The notes under the pieces: generated by a model
The model's database searches: none
The model's input: only the letters and a program-made list of their open reading frames with translations
What the model was told of the DNA's origin: nothing
Part shown: positions 1 through 13,114 of the stretch, one piece after another
How positions within the stretch are numbered: position 1 is the stretch's first letter
Layout of the letters: each line of letters starts with the position of its first letter
Made by a program: the position numbers and the translations under genes
NCBI GenBank assembly: GCA_000182565.2
Contig: KQ257459.1
Strand: one strand, 5' to 3'
DNA: 64,000 nucleotides
DNA from: Spizellomyces punctatus DAOM BR117
Lineage: Eukaryota

Positions 1-1153
1 TGAGAACAGCGTTTTAGTCGATATATGGCAGTTACTGAACTCGAGCATATGCCAGGAACCGCCCTCGACATGCTGTGTACGGAGTAACGACGGGTGCTAC
101 TTCATTAGCCAGAAGCGTAGCAAGTGGGATCACCGGAGTGGTGGTAGGTGGAATTTAGAGTTGATTTGCCACAAACAATACTCATGGCATGTTTGTCTTC
201 CCAAAGTCCAAGCCGTTTGAAGGTGCTCAAGAAGAAGGTGTCGGCGGATTCTTCAAAGGTCTCGGCAAAGGCATAGTGGGGTGAGTAGCGACTTAATTGC
301 CCTCTGCTTCTGCACGTCGCTGATGAAATTGCAGTGTTGTTACGAAACCAGTTATTGGTGTGATTGATCTGGCAACGAATGTTGGCGAAGGTGAGGACTG
401 AATTCTCGCTTCATCTTTTTATCATCTGTTGATATCTAATAAGAAGCACTCTCTTGATTAGGAATTCGCAACACAACCACCGTTTTCGACACTGACCTCG
501 ACAGGCAAAGACTGCCCCGACATATCGGCAAAGACATGATCCTGACGGTACGAACGGAGCATCTGGTTTAACGATAGTACTTGTTTTCTAATTTGTAGCA
601 GCCTTACAACCCTAGGGAAGCTCTGGGATTGAACTGGCTGAAAGGATTAGAGAGCGGACGATACTTTCATGAAGACTATATTGCGCACTTGGGTAGGTGT
701 CCATTTCGTGTGCGCTTCTGGTGAATGGGCGGCAACCTAACCACTTATTCACACGCAGAATTGAGGATCGAGGACCTAGTGGCGATCGTAACAAATGTTC
801 GCATAATTATGACGCGAATCAAAAAGCTGAAGATGGACTGGGAGATTCCATTCGAGGGTAAGTTGCTCTGATCTGATCCGGCATGTAAGAGTGGGAGAAC
901 TCACTTGTTTGTCAGAACTGCAACTCGTTCGACCTGAAAGCGGGGGCATTACTCTTATCAAGAAGAGTCGGCAGCACGCGAGAGCCCGCGTTATTCCATG
1001 CCCCGACGCTGCTAGTGCACAGGTGCGTGTGCGAACTTGGCAGAACTTTGGTCGTGATTTTATGCTCAAAACCATCCTTTCACTTAGTGGTTTTGCGGTA
1101 TGCTGGAAGGCGCCTTCACCGACTTTATTGAGCAATACAAACCATATGAATAG
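1..1153 (+). CDS. VPS13: VPS13 lipid-transfer protein, 3' end (partial, about 6 introns in window)
   Basis: Spliced exons read RNRPRHAVYGVTTGATSLARSVASGITGVV / SKPFEGAQEEGVGGFFKGLGKGIVG / VVTKPVIGVIDLATNVGEG / IRNTTTVFDTDLDRQRLPRHIG, the typical Vps13 ATG2_C/PH-like C-terminus. Stop TAG at 1151-1153. Confidence 0.92.
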
Positions 1154-1299
1154 TCTCAACCATCACATATTATACATTTTGTACTTAGGGCGATATTTCA
1201 AATTGTAATGCAACTCTCATGTGTCCCATTTTAATGCGTTTGTGACTCGCGTGTCCCACCCAGCCCAACGTTTTGATCATCGTTTTCTTTTCCATCAGC

Positions 1300-2052
1300 A
1301 TGAGCCCAAAACGTGTAGCACTTTCTTTCACTGGTGGGAAGGACTGTACGCTCACTCTCCATATACTAGCCAGCAACTCTGAGCTGGTTGTTCCACTACT
1401 GGTGACTTTTGCGCCTACACCTAGCTCGTCGACGAAACCGTTCCTCAGTCATCCGATTCCTTTAATAAAGAGAATAGCACAGTCCTTGCAGATAGAGCAT
1501 AGAGTACTATATATAGATGGCCCGGACTATATGAGCTCGTACGTCTCCCATTTCATCGCGTTAAAGGATGAAGGAATAGAGGAATTCGCCACAGGTGACA
1601 TTGAGGACGTCTGTTCGGATTTCATGGTATTGTGCCAGTACGGTTCGAGTGAGTGAAGGTAGTGACGAGATTGATGCCCTAGTTATTGTTGTCAGGGTCG
1701 TGCAGCACGGCAAGCAGGACTTCCTCTCAACCGGCCACTTTGGCAGGTTCCGCGGGCGTCCCTTCTATCACAGCTCTACGATACTTATGCGCTTTCCTTT
1801 GTTGTCACATGTGTCAATACTGAATCAGTGCCCCTTGAACTTGCCCGCAGGATGGTAGGCAAAGTCTTGACCAAGGATCTCCTTGATGAAATCATGTCCC
1901 AAAAGGAGTGCGAAACGGTTGATGCTTGTGGGGAGTTTGGGGAATATCACACAATGTGTTTGGACGGACCACTGTTCAAACAGCGAATACAGCTAATGAA
2001 AGGTCAGCAAATGGTCGATGGAAACTTTTTGTACTGGAAATTATTCGAATAG
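1300..2052 (+). CDS. Stand-alone Dph6/MJ0570-like (DUF71) PP-loop ATP pyrophosphatase, one intron (1627-1695)
   Basis: Motifs SFTGGKDC (PP-loop), ATGDI, RPLWQ and DACGEFGEYHTMCLDGPLF. A GT..CAG intron joins the two track ORFs in frame. Confidence 0.85.
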
Positions 2053-2288
2053 ACCGAGATAGATGAACGAACGAGTGACTGTTCTAGTTGTAGACCCATG
2101 CTCATACATTGTGATCTCTGCTAAATACACTAGAACGGGCTGGAGGCGTTGAGTCGTCCTAGTGAATTTGATATACTCTCTGGATTAACTCCCCAAGTGG
2201 GATGAGTTCCCGCAAAACAACAAAAGGAACTTCCAATCCGTAGAGTTGAGGTGAGCGCATTTGCAAAAAAAAGGCGATAATTTGATTA

Positions 2289-5200
2289 CTACGTTGAGGG
2301 TTGGGGTATGTTTTGTGCAAAGGTATTCCAATCCATGGTAGGTACACCATGATCACTATACGCCAAGGATATGTCAGAGCAGTGCAAAACGAGGTCAAGT
2401 GAAGGCATAGCTTACGTTGCATCATTGTCCCCAATCAAAGCAATGTCGGCATTCTCTGAAGTTTCGACGACGATGCCGCCGGAAATCTCTAACAAGGTTC
2501 TTGCATAAGGTATACGAAATTGTTTGTTCTGGACGTTCCTCAGTTCCAGAAAAGATGGTGCCATGTAGAATCGTCGTCCTGTGGCACACAACAGTTGAGA
2601 AAGGTATTTTGGCAACGCAGTCAGCTGGTCACCTACCGGCAAAAGGTCGGTCAGTGCACAAGAATCCATACGCATTCTCAGGCTCCCAAGTTTTCCTGAA
2701 ACAGGTTACGGTAAATGCTCCTGTACAGAAGCGGTTCAGAGCACGAGAAATTACTTATTTGCAGATTCCAAGACCCATTTAGGATTTGTTATGATCCACT
2801 TCCCAGTCAAAGCTGCTGCGAATGTTTTCAGCGTACGAGAGCCTGGCGCAGATATTACGTGCGCTGTCGTAAATTTATTACATTAGATTAGTGGAGACCA
2901 CGGGAACCATGTTTGAAATACTTACTAATTCGTCCGTCCCATTCCGCCGCTGTTCAGAAAGACAAGACATTTCAGTATACGGTTGAGATTGTGAAAGGCT
3001 GCCGTCTCCTTACGGGCAACAGTGCAGGCGCTAGGTAACTTCTTGATTGCGCTGACAAGCTTTCGTTTCATCTCTGAATTGAATTCGGTTCCCTCTTTAA
3101 ATCCGCTGAAACATATGATGAAGCGATAGGTGGATCTGGATCTTGCCGTTGAAGCCGGCGTGCTGATCGAGGTCTTTGCGTCAGTTAGACAGATATTAGA
3201 CTGGCATTACCAGTTGCAGCGTCTCACCTGATGCGATGCACTCTGTGTCGGGGTTACTGCTGATGCCTTTCGAGATGCCTTAGGACCCGTGATTTCATGG
3301 CAGCCTCTCCAAATATACTCACCTGCGTACTAGCAAGTCTTCCTGGAGTTGTACTTGGTGAGATGCGTAACCTTTTGGCTGGTGAAGGACTATGGTCACC
3401 AGCTCGTTTGGGCGCGGAAGTTAATTCTACAAATGGTCGGGAGGGAGTTGAACTCTCTTTTCTCTGCACGTGGCGTGCTTCTAATTGTCCTTCTAACGCT
3501 TTGATACGGTCCTCCAGCGACTCGCAAAGTTTTGCACGACCAATACACAGGTCTTCAGCAGTCTGTCGCTGAATAGTTTCCGATGCCAACATGGCTCGTG
3601 ATTCAGCTAGTTCGTTCTCCACAGCTTTGCTGGCCAATATCAATTGATCCCGTTCCTTCTGGACAATCACGAGAGTCGATTCCAAATCGTTTAACTTTAT
3701 CTTGAGGGTCTCACATTCCTGTCGAAGACTATTCTCAATCTCTACGAGCGCCTCCTGAGAGTGCCTGAGTCGCCGCTCTGCTTCTGTTTTGTCTTCTGTT
3801 TCCTTGCGCAGAAGGTCCTGAAGGGATCGAGATTTAAGGTCCGCAGTGTCTATGCGAGCCCTCAATTCTTCTGTTGCCAGCGTTGTGTCAGTTAGCAAGC
3901 TTGTTTTCTCTGCTAAATCCCTGGTCAAGTCAACTATATTTTTCTTCAAGTTTTCCAACTCATCATTATTCTGCATTCGTGCTTGATCCAGTGCCAATGC
4001 CATCTCATCCAAATCGCCTTGGTAGCGCAGGCACTGTGATTTGAGAGTTTCCAATTCGTCATCCTTTGCAACAAGCAAGTCTTCATGTGTCCGTTTCAAC
4101 TCATTGGCGTGGAGTTGGGCTTTGTCCATAGCCGCTTGCAACTGTATGAAGTCGTCCGTTTTCTCTCGAAGGGCTATTCGGACGTCTTCTAGCTCTGCCT
4201 CTTTCGCACTGATAGTGCTCCGCAAGTGTTTCTCTAATCGATCTGTCTCCACACGTACTAACGCAAGCTCGCGGCTAGCAGACTCAAAACTGTCAGCTTT
4301 GTCCCGAAGTTCCGCACGCAGAGTATCGACGGTGGCTTGAAGGTCGCTGATGACCGCGACATGTGCATCCTGCTCTGTGTCCAGCTCATTCTGCAAATGT
4401 ATTTTCTCCTGCATGAGACGATCCGCAACTTCCTTGGCAGCACACACCGCCTCGGTAAGGGACTTGTTTTCATCATTTTTCTGCTGCAATTGGGTTCTCA
4501 ATTCTTCAATCAGACTTTCACACTGAGCGACAGCTGCGCGAAGCTCGCTAATCTCTTTTTCAAGTTTTTCGTGGGATTCTTCCAGCACACTCACTTGTGT
4601 CTGCAGACATGCGTTTTGGACACTCAGACTCTCCTTCTCCGACAGTACATTAACCAGCTTCTTTTCTGAGTCAGAAAGCGATTCCTGTAACTGAGCAATT
4701 CTGCTATCAGATTGTTCTTTGCCCATCCGAAACTCCGTCAGTTGTCCCTCAAGCAACTCGGCTGCAGCGGCGATATCTCTTCTACGTTCCTCAGTGACTT
4801 CCAGCGTGCGCTTGAGATTCTGTTCCATTTCGCGCAGTTCGCCCACAGTCTGCTGATGCTCAGCTATTAAGTTGTCCTTATCGACCTCAGCCTGACTGAT
4901 TTTTTCCTCGAGCAGTGTCACTATCCGTGTCTTTTCATCTCTTTCGATCTCAGTGGAGGCTAATGTTGCCGTCCATTCACTTCGGGCATGCTGATAGTCT
5001 TCGGCAATACGCTTGTTGGTTGCTGTACTTTCTGTGAGCTTCTCTTGCAGGTCTTTCAGGGCCAAGTGTAATTGGTCCCGCTCTGTCTGGACGGCATCCA
5101 GCTTTGAGGTCAATTCACTTAGGATATGCAGTTTCTCATTTAAAACCTGTGCATTGTCTGCACGTGTTGCTTCGAGCGTGTTCTCGAGAGTGTGCACCGT

Positions 5201-6964
5201 CGATTGCAGTTGCTCCTTAGTTGACTCTAGCTGCGCATTATCTGTACGTGTCGCTTCAAGCGTGTCCTCGAGAGTGCGTATCGTCGTTTGCATTTGCTCT
5301 TTAGTTTCCTGAATCTGCGAGTACTCACACTGCAACTCTTCCAGGGATCTTTTCGCGCACTGTTCGGCTGCGCGTAGGTCGTTCATGATAGAGTCCTTTT
5401 CTGCCTGTAGCTCTTTGTTCCTTTCGTCAAGGTTTTCGGCTTGTGAGCGCAGACCGTCCCTTTCGTGTTCCATAGCCTCCAAAGCGGATTTCAACTGCTG
5501 ATCAGCTGCCATCTTGTCCTTTGCCATTTGTTCTTTTTGGGCTTCTAAATGAACGATCTTTTCCTGGAGCCATGTTGTTGTCATACGAGCTTGCTCCAGA
5601 TCAGATTGTAATGTGCTCAATGTAGCTTCTCGAAGTGTGGATTCCGATCGTGAACGTTCTAGTTTTCCTGAGGTGGCTTCATTCAGAGCACGGAGTTCGG
5701 TGATGGTTCCTTCCAGTGACTCGATCTTTTGTCGTAAACCATCCACTTCGAGGTGAAGGGCCTCCATCATGCTCCCAGCTAGCTCTTTTTCCTTAATATA
5801 CGCTGCTACTTCGCTTTCCAACTTTTCAACCTTCACATCCATGTCCGCTTGCACTCGGGCAGCCTCCTCCTGACTAGTTTTGAGGGCGGACGTCAAATAT
5901 TTACGCTCGGCTTCCCACTGCTCCGAGACGCTTCGATGTTTCGTGTCGGACTCTTTGATTTGAATCTGCAACGCGTTGAGAATTGCCTCCATATCTGCAA
6001 TCGCGGTGTCATGTACGCTTCTCTCGGAGATATATGTTTCGCGCTCAGAGCGGAGGCTCTGAAGTTCCGCCTTGAGCTGTTGATTCTCTGTGTGCAGCGA
6101 TTCGGACAAGGTATCTCGCTCTTGCAATAATGTTTCTGCTGTAGCAAAAGCTTCCTGTTGTGTTTGCAGATGCTCATTTGTTCGTTTGAGCTCTGAATGG
6201 CACCGGTCGAAGTCCTCCTCTTTTTGAAGCAAATTCGCTTCTAATCTTGTTACTTTCTCTTCACTATAAATCAATTGTTTCTCCATTGCCTTCATCTCTG
6301 CGCGTATAGTAGTTTTTTCATCGTTATGTGTGCGGGCTAGTTGTAGAGATGACACTTCGTCACGAGACTCTCGCATTAGGTCACGATACGATTCTTCTGC
6401 TTCAACCTGCAATCTCTTTAGTTCGGATATTTCTGCATTGCGTTGGCTCAGCTCAAACTCCCTCTCCTGCTTCAGTTGGTCAATTCGCAATAACAGTACG
6501 CCCGTATCGTGCTTCCAGTCGGCACAAACAGAAGCCAAATGCTGATCGATGAAATACAGGGCAATTAAAAGATCACTCTCATCATCTTTAGATGATTCAA
6601 CAGATTGACGGAAGGAGTCAAACGCAGTCAGCAATCGTGTTCGCTCATCTTGTAAAGTCGCAACTTTGGCTTTCAAGGTCTCCACCTCCAAATTTGTTTG
6701 CGGAAGGGTAGAAGCAAGCCAGTGATAGCTTTTGCCAATGACATCGAGCATACGTGATACCTCATCGTACGAGGGTAGATGTGCCTGTTCGGAAGTTGCA
6801 TTTGTCTGAAGCTTTTCAATGCCCGACCGCCGTCTCTGAAGCTCATCCATCCTTTTCGCGTTCGACTCCATGTTGAGCAGTTCAGCAATTAAGTTTTGCC
6901 CAAGCGAGGTTAATCGCATGTCCTTATCGTCCTTAGGACGACGCTCTTCAGTCTCGAGGACCAT
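2289..6964 (-). CDS. Very long coiled-coil protein with C-terminal tandem BRCT domains
   Basis: A single exon of about 3.6 kb is E/K/Q/L-rich and heptad-like. About 6 small exons follow, reading ...FIICFSGFKEG...PAEWDGRITHVISAPGSRTLKTFAAALTGKWIITNPKWVLESA...GRRFYMAPSF...PTMDWNTF...PST*. Stop at 2289-2291; the ATG at 6964 is tentative. Confidence 0.8.
5147..5306 (-). repeat. Two-copy 84-bp tandem duplication inside the coiled-coil exon
   Basis: 5147-5222 matches 5231-5306 with synonymous or conservative changes: TKEQMQTTIRTLEDTLEATRTDNAQ versus TKEQLQSTVHTLENTLEATRADNAQ. Confidence 0.9.
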
Positions 6965-7116
6965 CTCCAATGGTGGGTTAAAGATCTAGCCAGACGGGAG
7001 GTGGGATTCAAGCTCCATATCCATATAGCCTTTTTGGGATTAATGAATAGACACGCCTCCTAGACGCACTCAGTCTAACGTTGCGTTGCTGCTGGCTTGC
7101 ATCCAGGCAAACTGTA

Positions 7117-10060
7117 ATGTCAAGTTACTCCAACTGGAATACTTTTGAGGAGGAGGAGGAGGAAGAGGAAGAGGAGCAGGATGCATCCATAGAGGTCAGT
7201 TTATTATGTGAATGTCCAGTGAAGTGTTACAGGCGTTGAGCGTCCGATGCCAGGTCGACATTGCCGAGAGGGACAATGTCATTTTTGCTGTTGATGTATG
7301 TACCAGCCAACAAGGAGGCAGCGCATGAAATTGCCCTCTTGCTGAAATTGGGACTCGATAGGCAACTCTACCAATGCATGAGACTGACGAAAATGGAATC
7401 TCGCACTTCAGTGGTGCCCTTCGGTGTGCGGCCCGTTTTCTCCAAAATAAGATTGTGCAAAGCGAGTCAGATCTGATGGGACTGGTCTTCTTTGGAACGG
7501 TAAGCGAAGCCTCAAGTATTTAATTTATCTTTGGGTTGGCTCACAGTCATCATCAGAACGAAAGTCACAACGAGCAAGGATTTAAACACATCTACGTCCA
7601 ATACGACTTGGATGTTCCAGATGTGGATCGCATTCTGGACCTGGAAAAACTTGCAAATAGTGCGTATTCAAATGCTTGCAAATTAAATAGGCAGCTAACT
7701 GAGACCTCTAATAGACAGAGATAAGGTCTCTACCGAAATCGGTAGCTCTGATGACTATTCGCTTGCTGAAGTCTTTTGGACGTGCTCCAATCTATTTTCT
7801 GCCGGGTTTGAGTCTATTGGCATTTGTATTTCAGATGTCGTACATATTATCTTATTCAAAGTGTTCCGCGTAGAGGGCAGAAGGTCAGCACGAAGCGCAT
7901 ATTCTTGATCACCCACAATGATAGTCCACATACCGGTAACCTAACCCTACAGCGAAATGCGAGGGTTCGTGCTCAGGTAAGGCGATGCTCAAGATGCATA
8001 ATGTTGAGCCTGAGGAACCCTGAAGTGGTACTGCAAGGACTTGCAAGATCTGGGCATCTCTATAGAATTATTTCCTGTGGAAATTGGGAACAATAGCTTC
8101 AAATTTGACGTCTTCTTCCAGGTAAGATAAGTTGAAGTTACGCAGGCTTTTGTGATTATTGAGACGCCGTCGTGCAGGATCTTCCAGGAGTAGTCGGTGC
8201 CGGTGAGGATAGCGCCGAAGTCCCCGCGTCAGCTTCGCGCAAGTACGAGGAAATGCAGAAGAAAATCCTAAGGCGGGAAACGAAGAAAAGAACCACCTTC
8301 CGGGTACCGTTACACTTGCACGAAGGACTGACAATAGGAGTAAAAGGGTGCGTGTTGTCAGATACAGTTGATAGCTCTAATGATTTCGTGGTAGTGCTGA
8401 TGTGTTTTCGCTGAAGATATAATTTGGTCCTGGAGCAGCGGAAAGGAAATTATACCTATCTGGATCGTCGAACGAATGCTGAAGTTAGAACAGTGACGAC
8501 TTGGGCGTGCTCGGTAACGTTTGCCCATGAACTGGTGGACGGCAATCTCCAATGTTAATGAGAGACTCGTCGATTCGAAAGGCGACAGCTCAATCCTTGC
8601 TCCCCACTGATATGAAATCATACTGGGTGTATGGTGGTCAAAAGGTTGGTAATCTTATCCGCATCACGCGCCACGCCTTTATGCCAATTGTTGTTACTGA
8701 ATCCATTCCGTTTCTAGGTGGTGTTCACCAAAAGTGAAGTGAATGGAATCAAGTACTTTGGCGATCCAGGTAGGGCGTATGCAACCTTGTGATACTTTTT
8801 TGTTACTTAAAGTGTCTTCAGGGCTAGTTCTGCTTGGATTTAAGGACAGGCATGCGCTCAAATTTAAGTATAATGTGAAGCATGCTGCTTTCATATATCC
8901 GGACGAATCGGTAGGAGATTGTAGTCACTGCCTTCTCTACCAAACTGCTCACAACCCTCTAGGAATACACGGGAAGTACAAGCGTTTTCGCGCACTTTTT
9001 GGAGAGATTGAGCATTCGAGGAAAGATCGCTATCTGTCGACTAATTGCTCGTCGTAATGCGGCGCCGCGATTGGTGGCTTTGTTGCCGCAGGTATGTCCG
9101 ATGGGTACTATGTATGTGTTCGCCGGCTCACCAGATCCGCTCCGTTATAGAAAGGATGCGTTGATAAGAATGGCGATGAGATTCCTTGCGGTTTTCACGT
9201 GATCTATCTCCCGTTTGAAGACGATAACCGCAGAATTCCAGCTTCCACGGCCTCTCAGAGTATGGATACCTGCCGTTTATCGGCATTTCCTGTGTGGACC
9301 CTCATATCTTTCCTTTGATGCAAAATACATAGTCTCTCCGGAACACACGGATTTGGCGAAAGAAGTTGTCCATAGCCTCGTCATTAAAAACTACGTAAGA
9401 ACCGAAGGTGGTGTCCGCCACGTAGCGCTGTCTAACCGAGCTCCCTCCCTGGGCATAGGATGCTGCAAACTACGAGAATCCAGGTGAGAGAATATCGATA
9501 GATGTTCATCAGTGATCATCCTTTAATGATGTGTTTCAGTCTTGCAGAAACATTATAACAACCTCCAGGCGATTGCTCTCCGGAGAGATTTTGCTGAAGA
9601 AATCGATGGTAGGAACGCTGGTCTGTTGTGTCACCTATCTACGCCTTTGCTTACTGCGTATCGAAACCAGATACTACCCTTCCTCGCACAGAAGCAATGC
9701 ATAAGCGAGCAGGTGACAGAATTCGTGATTTCAAGCAGGCGCTCGGTGAACAAGAAGAGGATGAGGTGGTAGTGGAACAACCGAAGACAAAACGGGTCAA
9801 AGCAGTTGACGGTGGCCAAAAGCGAAGTAAAAGCGACGTAGATCTGAGCGAATCAGCATTTAGAGCCAAATGCAAGGATGGAAAGGTAGATATATCATGT
9901 TCAATCTTGTTGCAGCAGCATAAGATATTTATTTGTCTTGCTACAGTTATCGTCCTTCACGGTTGCTCAACTGTCGGAATTTCTACTCAGCAAAGACCGC
10001 AAACCAGCAAAGAAGAAATCAGATCTAATCAGGCAAATCGAAGAATACTTTGAAGCCTGA
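7117..10060 (+). CDS. KU70: Ku70 NHEJ DNA end-binding protein (vWA, beta-barrel, SAP), about 18 introns
   Basis: Spliced exons include RDNVIFAVD, SESDLMGLVFFGT, KRIFLITHNDSPH, GLVLLGFK, AAFIYPDE, PRLVALLPQ, GFHVIYLPFEDD, YENPVLQKHY and a C-terminal SAP domain (FTVAQLSEFL...KKSDLI). Poly-Glu near the N-terminus. Confidence 0.93.
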
Positions 10061-10541
10061 ATTCTTTTGTCTGTATTGTCGACTCAATGCAGTAGTCTGT
10101 CGTAAATGCTGTTCTGATGGGTAATACAATCGCTTAGTCAGCAATATAAATCACGTGCATTGACATCCCCCCCGCGAACCAATTCAAGTAACGTTCGGAT
10201 TGAGGCAGCTTGATCGCGGATTGCCAGTAAACGTACTTGCCGCGCACGGGGGACAACTTCGCACCTGCGATCCTGTCACTGACTGCTGCATCTGTCTTCC
10301 TTCCATACAGGGCTGGTGTGAGATCGCTGCTCCGTCTGAAACAAAATAGAGGCACCGGCGCGTACTCTCCCAAATTGTCGTTTGCTCGCATCTGCACTTC
10401 AACAGTCTGCGCTTGCGTCAAGGCAGAGTTAAACAGCACACGGTTGCTGCTATCCTGTCGTTTCGTTGAGGGTGCGCTGGACACGACGCGGGCGTTTGGC
10501 GCGCCTGAAGAAACGTATTGATTGGTCGATCTATGTGGTGA

Positions 10542-13114
10542 ATGGAAATGGCGACGGGAGTGGATTCCAGGAAGCGAGCAGCGGATCAGGTGTTGGAAAC
10601 TGATGAGGGGTAGGAAGTGTACAGCGCTCTCTGTGTCATATGCTGAGTCTAAATACTAATGTTAGGCGCATTCAAAGTAGTGCCGATATTCATGACGAGA
10701 CTTCCGACTTCAAAGCGAAAAGACATAGATCCGCTGATTCCGACGAAATCGAGATGAATGACGCTCGTAATGGATATGAAAGCTCTGCACCATTAGTTAC
10801 AGAAACAGAGGAGCACTTGCACCAGGGGAAGCACAACAACGTCCACTCTTCGGAACTACATCCTTGTACAACGCCAACGGCAAGCAGTAATAGAGAATTA
10901 CACGGAAATGGCGATGAGGATGAAATGAAATTAGAGGGTGGGAAAATAAGCGACCCTTTGCCCTTTCGACCGTCGGATACTCCGAGCAGTGGTGGTCCAG
11001 TTCAATCTACGAACTCGTCCTCGCTGCCTTCCCCAGCTGCCATTTCCCGGCAAGGATCAAGGCAAGGAGAGGTAAGAATCTCTCGAAGCTTTCCCTCTTT
11101 CCCTCTTTCGCCTTGCTTATTATATCGGACTGGCTCGTATCGCATTTCAAAGGATGCATTCAATCCTACAGTGGGGGATGCATTGACTCGCGAACAGCTA
11201 AAATTCTGCGGCAACGTACTACGCAGTTTGAAGCGACTCAAAGACGCCCGACCATTCCTTGTACCTGTCGACCCAATCGCATTGAACATTCCGACTTATT
11301 TTGATATCGTCAAAACGCCTATGGATCTATCCACAGTTGAGAACAAGCTTCGGACTAACCAATACTCGAGTGCTCAAGAGTTCGTTGACGACGTACAATT
11401 GATGATTGACAACTGTTATGCTTTCAATGGTCGCGAAGCGCCAGTTGGGCAAAATGGTGTGAACTTGGAGCGATCGTTCCACAAATATATGGAGAAATTG
11501 CCGACTGAGGTTTGTTTTACCGTCCAAATTAAGACAACTGTCGTCTTAACATGCTACGATGTAGGTAAAACCCGAGAAGAATAAGAAGCGGTTATCCACC
11601 GCGGATTCGATGGTGGGGGTGAGTTCCTCTCTGTAGTGGAATGCCAGTAGTGTCTCGTGCTAATTTCGTGATCAGATTCATGTCGAGGGAGGAGGGGCAG
11701 CTACACCATCAGAAGCTGGGCGCCCTAAACGAGAAATACACGCTCCGTTGAAAGATATTCCGATTGTGACGTCAACTCCTTCTACGAAACACCCCTTAAG
11801 CAAGACTAAATTGGCAGACCGGGACATGAAGTTCTGTTCCGAAGTCCTTCGTGAACTGCATAAGAAGCAACACGCAGCGTATAACTTCCCTTTCCTCCAG
11901 CCTGTTGATCCACTTGCATTGGGTATCCCTCATTATACCGACATCATCAAAAATCCTATGGACTTATCAACAATCCGTCGGAAACTCGATGCCGGAGACT
12001 ACCATACGGCCGAGGAATTCGAAGCAGACGCAAGATTGATGTTCAACAACTGTTATACCTTCAATCCTCCAGGGACAGACGTGTATAACTTTGGGAAGAA
12101 ATTGGAGGAGGTCTTTGAACGGAAATGGAAGGAAAGGCCGCACGGTGGTTCTCCTGCTCCGCCGCGATCACAGCGTGCGTCGAAAGCGAAGATCAAGGCG
12201 CAGCCGGTAGCGGACGAGTATTCCTCATCCGACGATGATGATGAAGGTTGGTCAAGGTAGCTGTTTTGCCCCTCTACTTAACCAGACGGCCTTACTGTTT
12301 GTTCGGTTGCTTTAAGATACAGACGCTTTACAGCTCAAGCTACTCCAGCAGCAATTGCAAGCCATCACAACCCAAATGGCATGGCTGCAAGAAAAGCGGG
12401 CAAAGAAAAAACAAAAGCGCAAAAGCATGGCTACTATCACTCAAACGCCCTCGTCAGCCACCAAAGTCAAAGCTCCCAAATCGAAGACGAAATCTGCAAA
12501 TCCCGGCGCAACAAGTAGAAGACCGTCTTCAAAAAAATCGGGTGAGAAGGCCAAGCCGCGGCGGCGGGTGGAGTATAGTAGCGATGATGGGGAAAACGGC
12601 GAAAAACTGCCAGAGCTTACATACGAGCAAAAGACCGAATTGAGCGAGCTAGTTGCTGAACTCCCTCCGGAAAGAATTGATAAAGTAATGGAGATCATCA
12701 GGAGCGGGTCGGCGTTACCAGACGTAAGCATAATTATTGTCTCTATTCGATACTCAAATGCACTCATTCACAATGCGACATAACTACCTAGACGATGGAT
12801 CAAGGGGAAATTGAGTTGGACATAGAAGTTCTCAGTAAAAGTACTTTGTGGAGATTGTATAATTATGTCAAAGGGCATTCCGGAAGGGGAGTAGCAAGTC
12901 ATCGTGCGCATAAGCCTCCAAAGAGTGGAAAACCCAACTCCAAGTCAAAGGGCCCAGGTGAATTCGCGCATGGTAATGTTTAATAATATTCAGAAACTAA
13001 AGGAAATTACTTCTGCAATATCTTCCAGTTGGGCTGAGTAGAGCTACCGATTCCTCTAGTAATGAGAGCGATTCTGGATCAGGTTCGGTGGACTCGGGGG
13101 ATGACAGCAACTGA
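10542..13114 (+). CDS. BDF1: BET-family double-bromodomain protein with ET domain
   Basis: Two bromodomains (PFLVPVDPIALNIPTYFDIVKTPMDL..NCYAFN; PFLQPVDPLALGIPHYTDIIKNPMDL..NCYTFN), the linker GRPKREIHAP, an ET domain (LTYEQKTELS...EIELDIEVLSKSTLWRLY) and a Ser/Asp tail. Start tentative. Confidence 0.92.

Noticed and set aside
3297-6552. Multiple plus-strand ORFs overlapping the coiled-coil exon, and similar antisense ORFs over ALA1, TOP1 and dynein
   Set aside because: Shadow ORFs caused by codon bias of the real genes; no recognisable motifs.
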